From the NCBI GenBank assembly GCA_965263355.1, contig CBDHHL010000032.1, positions 2,432,001-2,496,000 on the forward strand: a stretch of DNA of 64,000 nt, written 5' to 3'. The translations under genes and the position numbers were made by a program. The notes beneath the pieces are model-generated. The model searched no databases and was not told the DNA's origin. It was given only the letters and a program-made list of their open reading frames with translations. The DNA is from Leptolyngbyaceae cyanobacterium (lineage in GTDB: Bacteria > Cyanobacteriota > Cyanobacteriia > Phormidesmidales > Phormidesmidaceae). Of the stretch, positions 43,443 through 54,115 are shown one piece after another (position 1 is the stretch's first letter; the number at the start of each line of letters is the position of its first letter).

Positions 43443-44999
43443 ATGCTCGATATATTGAGAATTAGCAATATGAGTTTAACCCCCTTTGGATATCGTTTGA
43501 AGTTTTGGGCAGTCATCCTCGGAGTTGGCCTGATTAGTGTGAATTGTGGTAATCCCAATAGCTCAACAGTGGATGAAAGTGAGGGCCTATCAACAGAGCC
43601 ACGATTTGATGGTGTGACCCTGACCGTTGCAGGCTTGAAATATCCCATCGGCAATGCCTATGAGGCCCATGCTAAAAGCTTTGAAACGATGACAGGGGCT
43701 AACGTCGTCTTCGAAACAGTGGATGAGTTTGGGGATGTCTATGACAGTATCGCTGTAGATTACACTTCAGGTAATAATCGCTACGACGTTATTGTTTACA
43801 CGCCACTGTGGTTACCTGACCTGGTTAAAGCAAACTATCTGGCCGATTTGACAGCACGGGTTAACGCTGACAAAGTGCTTGAGTGGGATGACATTGTGCC
43901 TTTCTTCCAGAAGTATGGAGGAACCTACGATAATAAAATTTACGGTATTCCTGCCGATGGCGATTACTACATGCTCTACTATCGCAGTGATTTGTTAGAG
44001 CAGAACAGTTTGGAACCACCTAGAACTTGGGATGAGTATCTGGCAATCGCTGAACAATTCCATGGCCAGGATCTCAATGGAGACGATACTCCTGATTATG
44101 GCTCTTGTCTTCCTAAGCAACCTAATCATGTGGGCTGGTGGGCATTCTGGTCTATTGCCGGGTCATATTTACAAAGTCATGGAACCAGCCAGGGTGGGTT
44201 CTTTGATGTTGAAACCATGCAGCCATTGACCAATAATGCTGCTTTTGCTGAGGCACTCGATGTGTATAAGACTACTGGGAAATATGGCCCGCCCGATGAA
44301 TTGACCCATTCTATGAGTGATGCAAGAGAGCGTTTTATATCCGGACGTTGTGCCCTGACCATGGACCATGGAAATATGGGAGCACTGACCATTGCTCCCC
44401 AGTCTCAAGTTGAAGATAAGGTAGGAACAGCTATTTTGCCTGGAGCAACAAAGGTACTCGATCGCAAAGCTGGAGAGCTAGTTGCTTGTGACAAATTTAC
44501 CTGTCCCTACAGTATCAATGGTGTCAACCATGCCCCCTATGCCGCTCTTATTGGTTGGACAGCTGGGGTTAATGCTGCGTCTGATCCGAAAGTACAGGAT
44601 GCAGCCTATGCATTTATTTCTTATGTAAGTCAGCCTGCCCAGGCTAATGTTGATGTCACAGTGGGCGAGACGGGCTTCAACCCTTACCGTATTTCCCAAC
44701 TTACAGATGCAGATACTTGGGTGCAGGCAGGCATGAGCCCTACTGCCGCTAACAAATATCTCGGTGGTATCGGGGCAAGTCTGAACAACCCTAATATTAT
44801 GCTGGATCTTACTATTCCTAATAACAACGGCTATCAGCAAGAGATTTTGGGGACAGCCTTATCCTCCTTTCTGGCCGGTGAAATCACTCGTGACCAGGCA
44901 ATGGAAACTATCACAACAGGTTGGGAAGCCCTGACAGATGAAATGGGGCGTACCCAACAAAAGGCAGTGTATCGTACTGGACTAGGTCTAGATTCTTAA
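43443..44999 (+). CDS. Lipoprotein extracellular solute-binding protein, class II type (SBP2)
   Basis: Lipobox-like ISVNC; YGIPADGD, YYRSDLL, PPRTWDEY and DLNGDDTPDYGSC; start uncertain (43398, 43443 or 43470). Confidence 0.87.
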   Translation: MLDILRISNMSLTPFGYRLKFWAVILGVGLISVNCGNPNSSTVDESEGLSTEPRFDGVTLTVAGLKYPIGNAYEAHAKSFETMTGANVVFETVDEFGDVYDSIAVDYTSGNNRYDVIVYTPLWLPDLVKANYLADLTARVNADKVLEWDDIVPFFQKYGGTYDNKIYGIPADGDYYMLYYRSDLLEQNSLEPPRTWDEYLAIAEQFHGQDLNGDDTPDYGSCLPKQPNHVGWWAFWSIAGSYLQSHGTSQGGFFDVETMQPLTNNAAFAEALDVYKTTGKYGPPDELTHSMSDARERFISGRCALTMDHGNMGALTIAPQSQVEDKVGTAILPGATKVLDRKAGELVACDKFTCPYSINGVNHAPYAALIGWTAGVNAASDPKVQDAAYAFISYVSQPAQANVDVTVGETGFNPYRISQLTDADTWVQAGMSPTAANKYLGGIGASLNNPNIMLDLTIPNNNGYQQEILGTALSSFLAGEITRDQAMETITTGWEALTDEMGRTQQKAVYRTGLGLDS

Positions 45000-45109
45000 C
45001 TGAAGAAAGAAAACTGTTGTGTAAATAGGGTCAAGATAAATTCATTCGTTTAGCAGCGTAACACCATCAAACTCGTCAAGCCATCAAGACGTTATTCCAG
45101 ACCATTGCT

Positions 45110-47773
45110 ATGAAATCCTGGAGCCTGAGTACTAAAATTGTGGTTGCTTTCTCAGCACTGGTCACCTTAGCGGCAGGTAGCCTCACAGTTGAGCAATATT
45201 GGCAATTACGTATCAGTCAGCGGCAGGCATTAAAAGATAGACTGCTGGAAATTGTGCAGCTGGCAGCACCTCAAATTGACAGTGATTACCACAGTTTGGT
45301 AGTTTCGTCCCAGGATGCAAGTACAGTCTATTATCAAATAAACTGGCATAAACTTAAGCAAATTCAGGCTGCTAGTGACGATATTCTGCGCATTTATACA
45401 ATTCGTCAACAATCGGATGAATTATATAGATATGTGTTGGATTACTTACCAGAACAAGAAGATTCTGAAGCAAAGGTCGGAGAGATTTTAGAAACACCCC
45501 CGCCTTTGTTGGCTAATGGTTTGGCTTTAGTGCAGCCCCAAGTAGAGCATCAAATTACGATCAATAGCCAAAATGAACCTGTGTTATACGGCTATGCCCC
45601 TATCCAAGGGGCGTTTGGTCGTATGGATGGTCTACTAGTTGTAGAGCTAGATGCTCGTCCTGTATTGCAGCGAGAACTAAGGGCACAGCTCATTACCTTA
45701 GTCATCTTCTTAGTCATCTTGCTCCTTACCTGGGGGGTGGTTTGGTATCTGACCCAATCGCTTGTAGTGCGCCCTACCTTAGCGTTAACCAGAGCCGCAC
45801 AAAATTTAGCTGACGGTGCCTGGGATGAAACGATCCCCACCGAACGAAAGGATGAGTTGGGAACTTTAGCTCGTTCATTTAAGCACATGGCTCAGCAACT
45901 AAAGGAAAGTTTTCGGTCCTTAGAAGATTATTCTCAAAATCTTGAACTCAGGGTAGAAGAACGAACTCAAAAACTAAAAGAGTCTCAGCAGCTGCTCAAT
46001 CTGGTGATGAACAATATCCCTCAATCAATCTTTTGGAAAGATCTCAACAGTGTTTATCTAGGTAGTAACCAGAGTTTTGCTCAGATAGCAGGGCTGACTC
46101 CTGAGACAATTATTGGTAAAACTGATTATGATTTGCCCTGGACAAAGCAGGAAGCTGCTTTTTTTGTTGAGTGCGATCGCAAAGTAATGGTCTCTGACCA
46201 GGCCGAAATGGGTATTGTCGAGCCCCAGCGGCAGGCAAATGGCAAACAAGCATGGTTAGAGACCAGTAAACTCCCTCTACATGATTCTGATGGCAACGTA
46301 ATAGGGATAATGGGCATTTTTCAGGATGTGACCTCTTACAAAGAAGCCGAAGCTGCTGCTAAGCAGGCTAGCGAAGCTAAGAGTGAATTTTTAGCCAATA
46401 TGAGTCATGAGTTGCGTACACCCCTTAACGGGATCTTAGGCTATGCCCAAATTTTAGAACGCAATCAAACCCTTGGTAAGGAAGCACAACGTGGGCTCAA
46501 TATCATTCAACAGTGTGGCTCTCATCTGCTGACCTTGATTAACGATATTTTGGATCTTGCCAAGATTGAGGCACGTAAACTACAGCTTATATCGACTGCC
46601 CTCCATCTTCCATCTTTTCTACAGAGTGTAGTGGAAATATGCAAAATCAAGGCAGACCAAAAAGACATTAAGTTTATTTATCGACCGACCTCTCGACTGC
46701 CAGAGGGCATAAAAGCTGATGAAAAAAAACTGCGGCAGGTACTGATTAACCTATTGAGTAATGCGATCAAGTTTACTGATCAAGGAACAGTCACATTACA
46801 GGTAGATGTACTATCGTTGTCGGAAACCCATACTTCAATTTTGTTTCAGGTTATGGATACGGGTGTGGGCATCGCCAAAGAAAATCTCACCAAATTATTT
46901 GAAGCATTTGAGCAAGTGGGCGATCAGCAAAAACAATCAGAAGGGACCGGTCTAGGGTTGGCGATTAGTCAGCAGATTGTGCAATTGATGGGAGGTACGC
47001 TCCAGGTTAAGAGTGAATTAGGCAAGGGCAGTGAGTTTTTCTTTACGATTGAGTTGCCCTTAGCAACAGATTGGGCGGAGCAGCAGGGACATTCGAACAG
47101 TAGCAACCACATCATTGGCTATGAAGGTGAGCATTATCAGATCCTGGTGGTTGACGATCGCTGGGAAAATCGGGCTGTTATTCGAAATTTGTTGATCCCC
47201 CTCGGTTTTGAGGTGATAGAAGCAGAAAATGGTCAAGAGGGCCTAGAACAACTTCGAGCTAACCAGCCTGAACTGGTCATTACTGATTTGGCGATGCCCG
47301 TGATGGACGGATTTGAATTTTTGCAACACATTCGTAATTCGGATGATTTAAAGCACATCCGTGTGGTTGTTTCATCTGCTTCAGTGGCACAAAAGGATCA
47401 ACGCATGGCTTTGGATAGTGGAGGAGATGACTTTTTAGCGAAGCCTGTAAATGCTGACGCTTTATTCACCTCACTGGCAAATAATCTTCAATTAACGTGG
47501 ATTTACAAGGCTGCAGATGAGACTAGGACTAATTCTAAAGAACTATCCACCGAGGTGGTGGTGCCATCGCGTCAAGTCCTGGAAGCACTGCTAAAATCTG
47601 CCCAAGAAGCCAACATCAAAGCCCTTAGAGTACAACTTGCAGAGTTAACTGAGTCTGACCAAATATATATACCCTTCGCTGAGCCTATTTTGCAACTTAG
47701 CCGTCGGTTTGAAGCAGAGGAAATAGAGGCACTATTACAAAAATACCTTACTGGGGAGTTGCACCATGCCTGA
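45110..47773 (+). CDS. Hybrid sensor kinase HK3 (TM-periplasmic-TM-HAMP-PAS-HisKA-HATPase-REC)
   Basis: Two TM helices, HAMP DELGTLA, PAS IPQSIFWKD...GKTDYDLPW, SHELRTPLNGI and REC. Confidence 0.93.
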   Translation: MKSWSLSTKIVVAFSALVTLAAGSLTVEQYWQLRISQRQALKDRLLEIVQLAAPQIDSDYHSLVVSSQDASTVYYQINWHKLKQIQAASDDILRIYTIRQQSDELYRYVLDYLPEQEDSEAKVGEILETPPPLLANGLALVQPQVEHQITINSQNEPVLYGYAPIQGAFGRMDGLLVVELDARPVLQRELRAQLITLVIFLVILLLTWGVVWYLTQSLVVRPTLALTRAAQNLADGAWDETIPTERKDELGTLARSFKHMAQQLKESFRSLEDYSQNLELRVEERTQKLKESQQLLNLVMNNIPQSIFWKDLNSVYLGSNQSFAQIAGLTPETIIGKTDYDLPWTKQEAAFFVECDRKVMVSDQAEMGIVEPQRQANGKQAWLETSKLPLHDSDGNVIGIMGIFQDVTSYKEAEAAAKQASEAKSEFLANMSHELRTPLNGILGYAQILERNQTLGKEAQRGLNIIQQCGSHLLTLINDILDLAKIEARKLQLISTALHLPSFLQSVVEICKIKADQKDIKFIYRPTSRLPEGIKADEKKLRQVLINLLSNAIKFTDQGTVTLQVDVLSLSETHTSILFQVMDTGVGIAKENLTKLFEAFEQVGDQQKQSEGTGLGLAISQQIVQLMGGTLQVKSELGKGSEFFFTIELPLATDWAEQQGHSNSSNHIIGYEGEHYQILVVDDRWENRAVIRNLLIPLGFEVIEAENGQEGLEQLRANQPELVITDLAMPVMDGFEFLQHIRNSDDLKHIRVVVSSASVAQKDQRMALDSGGDDFLAKPVNADALFTSLANNLQLTWIYKAADETRTNSKELSTEVVVPSRQVLEALLKSAQEANIKALRVQLAELTESDQIYIPFAEPILQLSRRFEAEEIEALLQKYLTGELHHA

Positions 47774-50012
47774 AAAAGATCAAGAGAAGGCAGACTATAA
47801 AAATTTTGCAGATGCGCAAGATATCAGACACTTTCCTCAAGGACACTTAGAACTCATTCAAGTAGGGGGGGCAACCGTAGGTAGAGCTGTCTTTGAACCT
47901 GGATGGAACTGGGAAACATCTATACAACCGTTAGCACAAACATCAAGTTGTCTAGCTCCACACTTTCAGTACCATGTCAGGGGAGTTTTGCATATTGTGA
48001 TGGATGATGGCACAGAATTTGACTGTAAACCCGGTGATGTCTCTTACCTGCCCACGGGGCATGGAGGCTGGACAGTAGGGGATGAACCTGCTGAAGTCAT
48101 CGATTTTCAAGGCATGCTCGACTATGCTCAACAAAAACAAAAACAAGTAGAAAAAAAGCTTAATCGGTTGATCGAGGAATCCCCTTTACCCATATTGGTG
48201 ATTAATAACGATGGTCAAGTAATAAATTCGCTATCCAACCAAAGTTTTCAAAATTTAATGGGTTTTGCTCATGCCAAGATTGTTTACAACCAAAGATTTG
48301 AGGAGGTATTGGGGTTTAAGTCAGGGGAATTAAAAACTATAACTGATTGGTGGAATAGAGCATTCCCCGATGAGGACTATCGTCTAAAGGTTATTCATGA
48401 TTGGAATGCAAAATTTGAACAATCAGTTCAATCAGATGGTTCTGTTTCTCCCTCAGAAGTAGAGGTTCAATGTAAAAATAATGAACGCAGAATCTTTCAG
48501 GTACATTTATCGAGAGTAGATTCTCAGAGTATGGCTATTTTTGTCGATTTAACAGAACAAATTCGACAGAAAACTTTGTTAGAGGAAGCCAAGAAATCGG
48601 CTGACAAAGCCAATCAAGCCAAAAGTAAATTTCTTGCGAACATGAGCCACGAACTCCGTACTCCCCTTAATGGAATTCTTGGTTATGCCCAAATTTTGAG
48701 TCGGTCTTCAGAATTACCAGAAAAAGAGCAGAAGGGGGTAGACATTATTCATCAATGTGGATCGCACCTCCTTACATTGATTAACGATATTTTAGATCTG
48801 TCTAAAATCGAGGCTCAAAAACTAGAGCTAGTCCCCACCGCACTTCATTTGCCATCTTTACTACTAAGCGTAGTGGAAATGTGTAAAATTAAGGCCGATC
48901 AGAAAGGTATTGATTTTATTTATAAACCTAGTTCTCGTTTGCCAGAGGGGATTAAGGCAGATGAAAGACACTTGCGTCAGGTTCTCATTAATTTGCTAGG
49001 GAATGCTATTAAATTTACTGATTCTGGTCATGTGAGCTTATGGGTAGATGTCTTAAAACAATCAGATACTCAAGCGTCTTTGCTATTTCAAGTCGTTGAT
49101 ACTGGGGTAGGCATTGCAGAAGAGAATCTTATCAAACTCTTTGAAGCTTTTGAGCAAGTTGGCGAGCAGAAAAAACAGTCTGAAGGAACGGGGCTAGGAT
49201 TAGCTATCAGTCAGCGCATTGTCCAACTGATGGGTGGAACGATCAACGTTAAGAGCCAACTGGAGAAGGGAAGCGAATTTTTCTTCAGTATTGACTTGCC
49301 AATAGTTGATGATTGGGAGCAACAGCTCAGAGGAGATGGAAATAATCATATCATTGGCTATGAAGGTAAGCGTTATCAGATCTTGGTAGTAGATGATCGC
49401 TGGGAGAATCGGGCTGTCATCCAAAATCTGTTAGAACCCTTGGGCTTTAAAGTCATTGAGGCAGAGAATGGACAAGAAGGACTAAAAAAACTTCGAGCTA
49501 ATCAACCAGATCTGGTGATTACTGATTTAGCTATGCCTGTAGTGGATGGCTTTGAGTTTTTGCAGTACATTCGCAACTCAGATGATTTAAAGCGCAGTCG
49601 TGTGATTGTGTCTTCTGCCTCGGTGGCTCAAGAAGATCAACGCATGGCTCTAGAAAGCGGGGGCGATGACTTCCTCGCAAAACCAGTGAATGCTGACGCT
49701 TTATTCACTTTACTTGCAAATAATCTTCAATTAACATGGATTTACAAGGTTGCAGACGATATTAGAACTGGTTCTAAGGAACTACCCGCTCAGGTGGTGG
49801 TGCCACCGCGTCAAGTTCTGGAAGCACTTCTAAAATCTGCCCAAGAAGCTAATGTAAAAGACATTAGGGTACAACTTGCAGAGTTAACCGAGCTTGATCA
49901 AATATATATGCCTTTTGCTGAACCGATTTTGCAACTTAGTCGACAGTTTGAGATAGAGGAAATAGAGGCACTATTAGAGAGGCACCTGGATGAAGGATTG
50001 CTCCATAGCTGA
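47766..50012 (+). CDS. Soluble hybrid kinase HK4 (cupin-PAS-HisKA-HATPase-REC)
   Basis: Cupin VGRAVFEPGWNW...CLAPH...DDGTEF...PGDV...PTGH...W; PAS DWWNRAFPDEDYR; SHELRTPLNGI and REC; no TM; overlaps the HK3 stop (ATGCCTGA). Confidence 0.9.
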   Translation: MPEKDQEKADYKNFADAQDIRHFPQGHLELIQVGGATVGRAVFEPGWNWETSIQPLAQTSSCLAPHFQYHVRGVLHIVMDDGTEFDCKPGDVSYLPTGHGGWTVGDEPAEVIDFQGMLDYAQQKQKQVEKKLNRLIEESPLPILVINNDGQVINSLSNQSFQNLMGFAHAKIVYNQRFEEVLGFKSGELKTITDWWNRAFPDEDYRLKVIHDWNAKFEQSVQSDGSVSPSEVEVQCKNNERRIFQVHLSRVDSQSMAIFVDLTEQIRQKTLLEEAKKSADKANQAKSKFLANMSHELRTPLNGILGYAQILSRSSELPEKEQKGVDIIHQCGSHLLTLINDILDLSKIEAQKLELVPTALHLPSLLLSVVEMCKIKADQKGIDFIYKPSSRLPEGIKADERHLRQVLINLLGNAIKFTDSGHVSLWVDVLKQSDTQASLLFQVVDTGVGIAEENLIKLFEAFEQVGEQKKQSEGTGLGLAISQRIVQLMGGTINVKSQLEKGSEFFFSIDLPIVDDWEQQLRGDGNNHIIGYEGKRYQILVVDDRWENRAVIQNLLEPLGFKVIEAENGQEGLKKLRANQPDLVITDLAMPVVDGFEFLQYIRNSDDLKRSRVIVSSASVAQEDQRMALESGGDDFLAKPVNADALFTLLANNLQLTWIYKVADDIRTGSKELPAQVVVPPRQVLEALLKSAQEANVKDIRVQLAELTELDQIYMPFAEPILQLSRQFEIEEIEALLERHLDEGLLHS

Positions 50013-50059
50013 CAGCAATAAGAGGTTAAGAGTATGTTCGTTTACCGTAAGTTTACTGA

Positions 50060-51508
50060 ATGGCAATGAAGCTTATAAAGAGAAACACTACTTTAATAGG
50101 CCTAATACTCTTGGAATTAGCGACTAATCTTTCAGGCTGTTCCCTGCTTCAACGTCAAACTCAGATCTCTGAAATACAAGTTGCAGCAGGTCAAACTGCA
50201 CCTGATACCGAAGATTCGTTGGTTATTTGGTGGGAACAGGGATATGGAGTTGACGCTAACGAAGCCATTATTCAACTAGTTGAACAATGGGAGAAAATCT
50301 CTGGTATAGAAGTCACCCTCAAACTGAAACCTGCTCCCCTTGATGAGCAACTCGCCTTAGCGATTCGTCAGGGAGATACGCCTGACATTGCGTTTAACGG
50401 TCCAATTTCTCTTATTATTCCGCAGTTAGCAGGTACTGGGCAGCTTACAGATGTTTCCGACGTTATTAATCCGATTCACAATACTTTTAATCCCAATGCG
50501 TTGGCAGGAGCAACCTATCTAAATCAGGTTACAGGTGAGCAGAGCTTTTATGCTATCCCCACTGGGATGGTTACTTATAATATCCACTACTGGCGGCCCT
50601 ATCTCGAGCAGGTGGGACTGAGCAATAAGGATATTCCGCATGACTGGCAAGGGTTTTGGGCCTTTTGGAAAACCCTCCGCGATGATCTTCACAAAGCTGG
50701 TGAAACGAACATCAATAGTTTTTGTCTTACATTGTCTGGTGATTCTCACGATGGCAAGGAAACCCTGGCCATATTTCTACATGGCAACAATGTGGAAATA
50801 TTTGATGCCCAAGGTCAGCTTGTACTCGATCATCCCCAAAATCGTCAGGGGTTAATTAATACATTTGTTCAATTATCCTCGCTATATAAAGATGGGTATA
50901 TTCTTCCAGGTGCGATTGATTGGCAAAATCCTGACGACAATTTTCAGTTTCTAGATCATCAATGTTTGCTGGTATTAAACGGATCGCTTTCAATTCCCTC
51001 CACCCAAAAACTTCCAGATACCATTTACAACCAGGCAGAAAATAACCGCTACACAAATGAAATCGTCACCTTACCCAAATGGCCCAATACCACCAATGGT
51101 AGTCCATTCAAAAATTTTATCGGCACCCAGGTAATTGTGGTTCCGGCTAGGGCAAATAATCCAGAAGCAGCTAAGCAGTTTTTGAGCTACCTCTTACAGC
51201 TAGAAAACTTTAGGCAATGGAATGAACAACTCAAAGGACGCTTTATTCCCTCGTTATCAGCACTTTTAAATACCCCGTTTTGGCAAGATCCTAATGACCC
51301 GCATTTTGCTGCAATTTTGGATATGCAAACAGAAACAACACAACCATATCCTCAAGCTCTCAACCCTGCTTATGCCGACATTGCTGAGCAAGAAGTTCTA
51401 ACTGGAGCATTGGAGCGCATTATTCAAGAGAATATCGCACCGGAAGTTGTTGTAGATGAGGCGATCGATCAGATTAAAGCATTGGTCAATCAATATGGGG
51501 AAGACTAA
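50060..51508 (+). CDS. Lipoprotein extracellular solute-binding protein, class II type (SBP3)
   Basis: Lipobox LSGC; LVIWWEQG, TPDI, IHYW, IPHDWQGFW and AKQFLSYLL; ends 3 bp before HK5. Confidence 0.87.
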   Translation: MAMKLIKRNTTLIGLILLELATNLSGCSLLQRQTQISEIQVAAGQTAPDTEDSLVIWWEQGYGVDANEAIIQLVEQWEKISGIEVTLKLKPAPLDEQLALAIRQGDTPDIAFNGPISLIIPQLAGTGQLTDVSDVINPIHNTFNPNALAGATYLNQVTGEQSFYAIPTGMVTYNIHYWRPYLEQVGLSNKDIPHDWQGFWAFWKTLRDDLHKAGETNINSFCLTLSGDSHDGKETLAIFLHGNNVEIFDAQGQLVLDHPQNRQGLINTFVQLSSLYKDGYILPGAIDWQNPDDNFQFLDHQCLLVLNGSLSIPSTQKLPDTIYNQAENNRYTNEIVTLPKWPNTTNGSPFKNFIGTQVIVVPARANNPEAAKQFLSYLLQLENFRQWNEQLKGRFIPSLSALLNTPFWQDPNDPHFAAILDMQTETTQPYPQALNPAYADIAEQEVLTGALERIIQENIAPEVVVDEAIDQIKALVNQYGED

Positions 51509-51511
51509 ACT

Positions 51512-54115
51512 ATGGTGTCGTCATTACGTAAAAGCCTGCTGGCTAAAATCACCTTATCGTTTTCCCTTCTATCAGCAATAACGGTTGGCATTGTTGCCTT
51601 TGCAGGCTATCTACAAGCCCGAGGATCGCTGACAAAGGAAGTCGTCGATCGATTGACTGCCACAACCGCACTAAAGAGTACTCAGCTGGATGAATGGATT
51701 GATAACCAGCTACAGGATACCCTGTTAATTCGCTCTCAGTCAACTATTCGCGATGCCGTTGCAAGCCTCTTAGTCACAGACACCGCAACACCTGACTATG
51801 AACAAGCCTATGGCGAACTAACTCAGAATATTAATGATTGGATAGCATTTAAGCCTAATATGCAGAATATCTGGGTAACCACTAATGGTGGTTATGTCGT
51901 TTTTGATGCCCAGAATACCGACAATATTGGACGATATCGGCCTAACGGAGATCCCACAACATTTTTTACTGAAAAAATTGGTAGTAAAATTATTCCCAAC
52001 TTCTATATTTCTCCCCAAACCAGTCGCTCAGCCATTACGTTTGCAACACCAATCGTTGATCAAAATCAGCTGCAGATGGGGGCCATTGTCATCGATCTTC
52101 AACTAACAGATATTGATATGCTGATTCGAACCAATACTGGTTTGGGCAAAACTGCAGAAACCTATTTGATTGGTCGTAGCTCAGAGGGCGCTTTGTTTAT
52201 CTCAGGCTCCTATCAAGAGCAAGATAATACTCAGGAATATATCAGTAGCTTAGGTATTGAACAAGCCATTGAAGGTAAAGATGGCTTTGGCCTCTATAGA
52301 AATTATGCCAATGTTCCAGTTGTGGGGGTTTACCGCTGGTTGCCCAACAATGAGCTGGCGATAATATCAGAAATTTCTCAGACAGAAGCCTTTGCTCCAG
52401 CGCGAAAACTGGCCCGTAATATTATCTTGATTGGTCTGCTATCTGTCAGTACCTCGCTCATTATTGTATATTTACTCTCTCGGCAAATTGTGCAACCAAT
52501 TCTGGCAATTAGTGAATCTGCTAAAGCTCTGGCTGCTGGCGATTTAAATCAGACCACTCCAGTGATAACCGAGGATGAAGTTGGGATTCTGGCTCAAACG
52601 TTTAACCAAATGGCTACTCAGCTGCAGGGATTGGTGAACAATTTGGAAAAGCTTGTTCAGGAGCGTACTGTGGAACTAACTCAGGCAAAGAAAGCTGCCG
52701 ATCAGGCCAACCAAGCCAAGAGCGATTTCTTGGCGAATATGAGCCATGAGCTGCGCACTCCTCTCAACGGTATTTTAGGCTATGCCCAAATTTTAGGTTG
52801 TTCCCAGGCTTTGCCCAGCAGCAGAGAACGAGACTGGGTCAATATTATTCACCAATGTGGATCGCATTTGCTAACGCTGATTAATGATATCTTAGACCTG
52901 GCTAAGATTGAAGCTCGTAAGTTAGATCTGGTACCCATTAGCGTCCATTTACCTTCACTCCTCCAAAGTGTAGTAGAAATGTGCAAAGTCAAGGCAGTAC
53001 AGAAGGGTATCGAGTTTATCTATCAACCCAGTTCTCGGTTGCCAGAGAGTGTGGAAGTTGATGAAAAACGACTACGACAAGTACTGATCAATTTGTTGGG
53101 TAATGCCATAAAATTCACCAACCAGGGGTTGGTTATACTCCAGGTCGATGTACTGTCACTGTCTGAAACACACGCTTCAATCTTGTTTCAGATCATTGAT
53201 ACCGGAGTAGGCATTGCCGAAGAAAATCTCACTAAGCTGTTTGAAGCATTTGAACAAGTCGGTGATCAGAAAACACAATCGGAGGGGACTGGACTTGGCT
53301 TGGCTATTAGTCAGCAGATTGTGCAACTGATGGGAGGAACGATTCAAGTCAAAAGTGAGTTGGGCAAGGGTAGTGAGTTTTACTTTACGATTGAGTTGCC
53401 CCTAGTATTAAATTGGGCTGAACAGCAAGGGAATTCGGAAAGTAGCAGGCTAATCGTTGGGTATGAAGGAGAACCTTACCAAATCCTGGTGGTGGATGAT
53501 CGCTGGGAGAATCGGGCTGTTATTCAAAATCTGCTGGAACCCCTTGGATTTGAAATAATTGAAGCTGAGAATGGACAAGAAGGATTAGCACAACTTCAAG
53601 CCAATCAACCTGATCTGGTGATTACCGATTTGGTCATGCCTGTAATGAATGGATTTGAATTTTTGCAGCATATTCGCAATTCAAACGAGTTCAAACATAC
53701 CCGTGTAATTGTATCGTCTGCTTCAGTATCACAATTGGATCAGCGTATGGCTTTAGAAAACGGAGGAGATGACTTTCTTGCAAAACCCGTTGACGCTAGT
53801 GCCTTATTTAACTCACTGGCAAACCAGTTACAGTTAACGTGGCAGTATGAGGTTGAGGAAAATGCGGTAATGACTGCTAAGGTAGCGTCTATTGAAATGG
53901 TTTTACCTACATCTCAAATCCTGGAAGCACTATTAAAATCAGCCCAGGAAGCTGATATCAAAAACCTCAGAATCCAGTTAGTAGAATTGACCGAGGCTGA
54001 TCCAGCATATCTACCCTTTGCTGAACCTATTTTGCAACTGAGCCGACAGTTTGAGGCTGAGGAAATAGAGGCACTATTACAGAAGTACTTGGATGAGGGA
54101 TTACGCCATGCCTGA
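51512..54115 (+). CDS. Hybrid sensor kinase HK5 (TM-Cache-like-TM-HAMP-HisKA-HATPase-REC)
   Basis: GLGKTAETYLI, YRNYANVPVVGVYRW and EAFAP Cache motifs; HAMP DEVGILA; SHELRTPLNGI and REC. Confidence 0.93.
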   Translation: MVSSLRKSLLAKITLSFSLLSAITVGIVAFAGYLQARGSLTKEVVDRLTATTALKSTQLDEWIDNQLQDTLLIRSQSTIRDAVASLLVTDTATPDYEQAYGELTQNINDWIAFKPNMQNIWVTTNGGYVVFDAQNTDNIGRYRPNGDPTTFFTEKIGSKIIPNFYISPQTSRSAITFATPIVDQNQLQMGAIVIDLQLTDIDMLIRTNTGLGKTAETYLIGRSSEGALFISGSYQEQDNTQEYISSLGIEQAIEGKDGFGLYRNYANVPVVGVYRWLPNNELAIISEISQTEAFAPARKLARNIILIGLLSVSTSLIIVYLLSRQIVQPILAISESAKALAAGDLNQTTPVITEDEVGILAQTFNQMATQLQGLVNNLEKLVQERTVELTQAKKAADQANQAKSDFLANMSHELRTPLNGILGYAQILGCSQALPSSRERDWVNIIHQCGSHLLTLINDILDLAKIEARKLDLVPISVHLPSLLQSVVEMCKVKAVQKGIEFIYQPSSRLPESVEVDEKRLRQVLINLLGNAIKFTNQGLVILQVDVLSLSETHASILFQIIDTGVGIAEENLTKLFEAFEQVGDQKTQSEGTGLGLAISQQIVQLMGGTIQVKSELGKGSEFYFTIELPLVLNWAEQQGNSESSRLIVGYEGEPYQILVVDDRWENRAVIQNLLEPLGFEIIEAENGQEGLAQLQANQPDLVITDLVMPVMNGFEFLQHIRNSNEFKHTRVIVSSASVSQLDQRMALENGGDDFLAKPVDASALFNSLANQLQLTWQYEVEENAVMTAKVASIEMVLPTSQILEALLKSAQEADIKNLRIQLVELTEADPAYLPFAEPILQLSRQFEAEEIEALLQKYLDEGLRHA

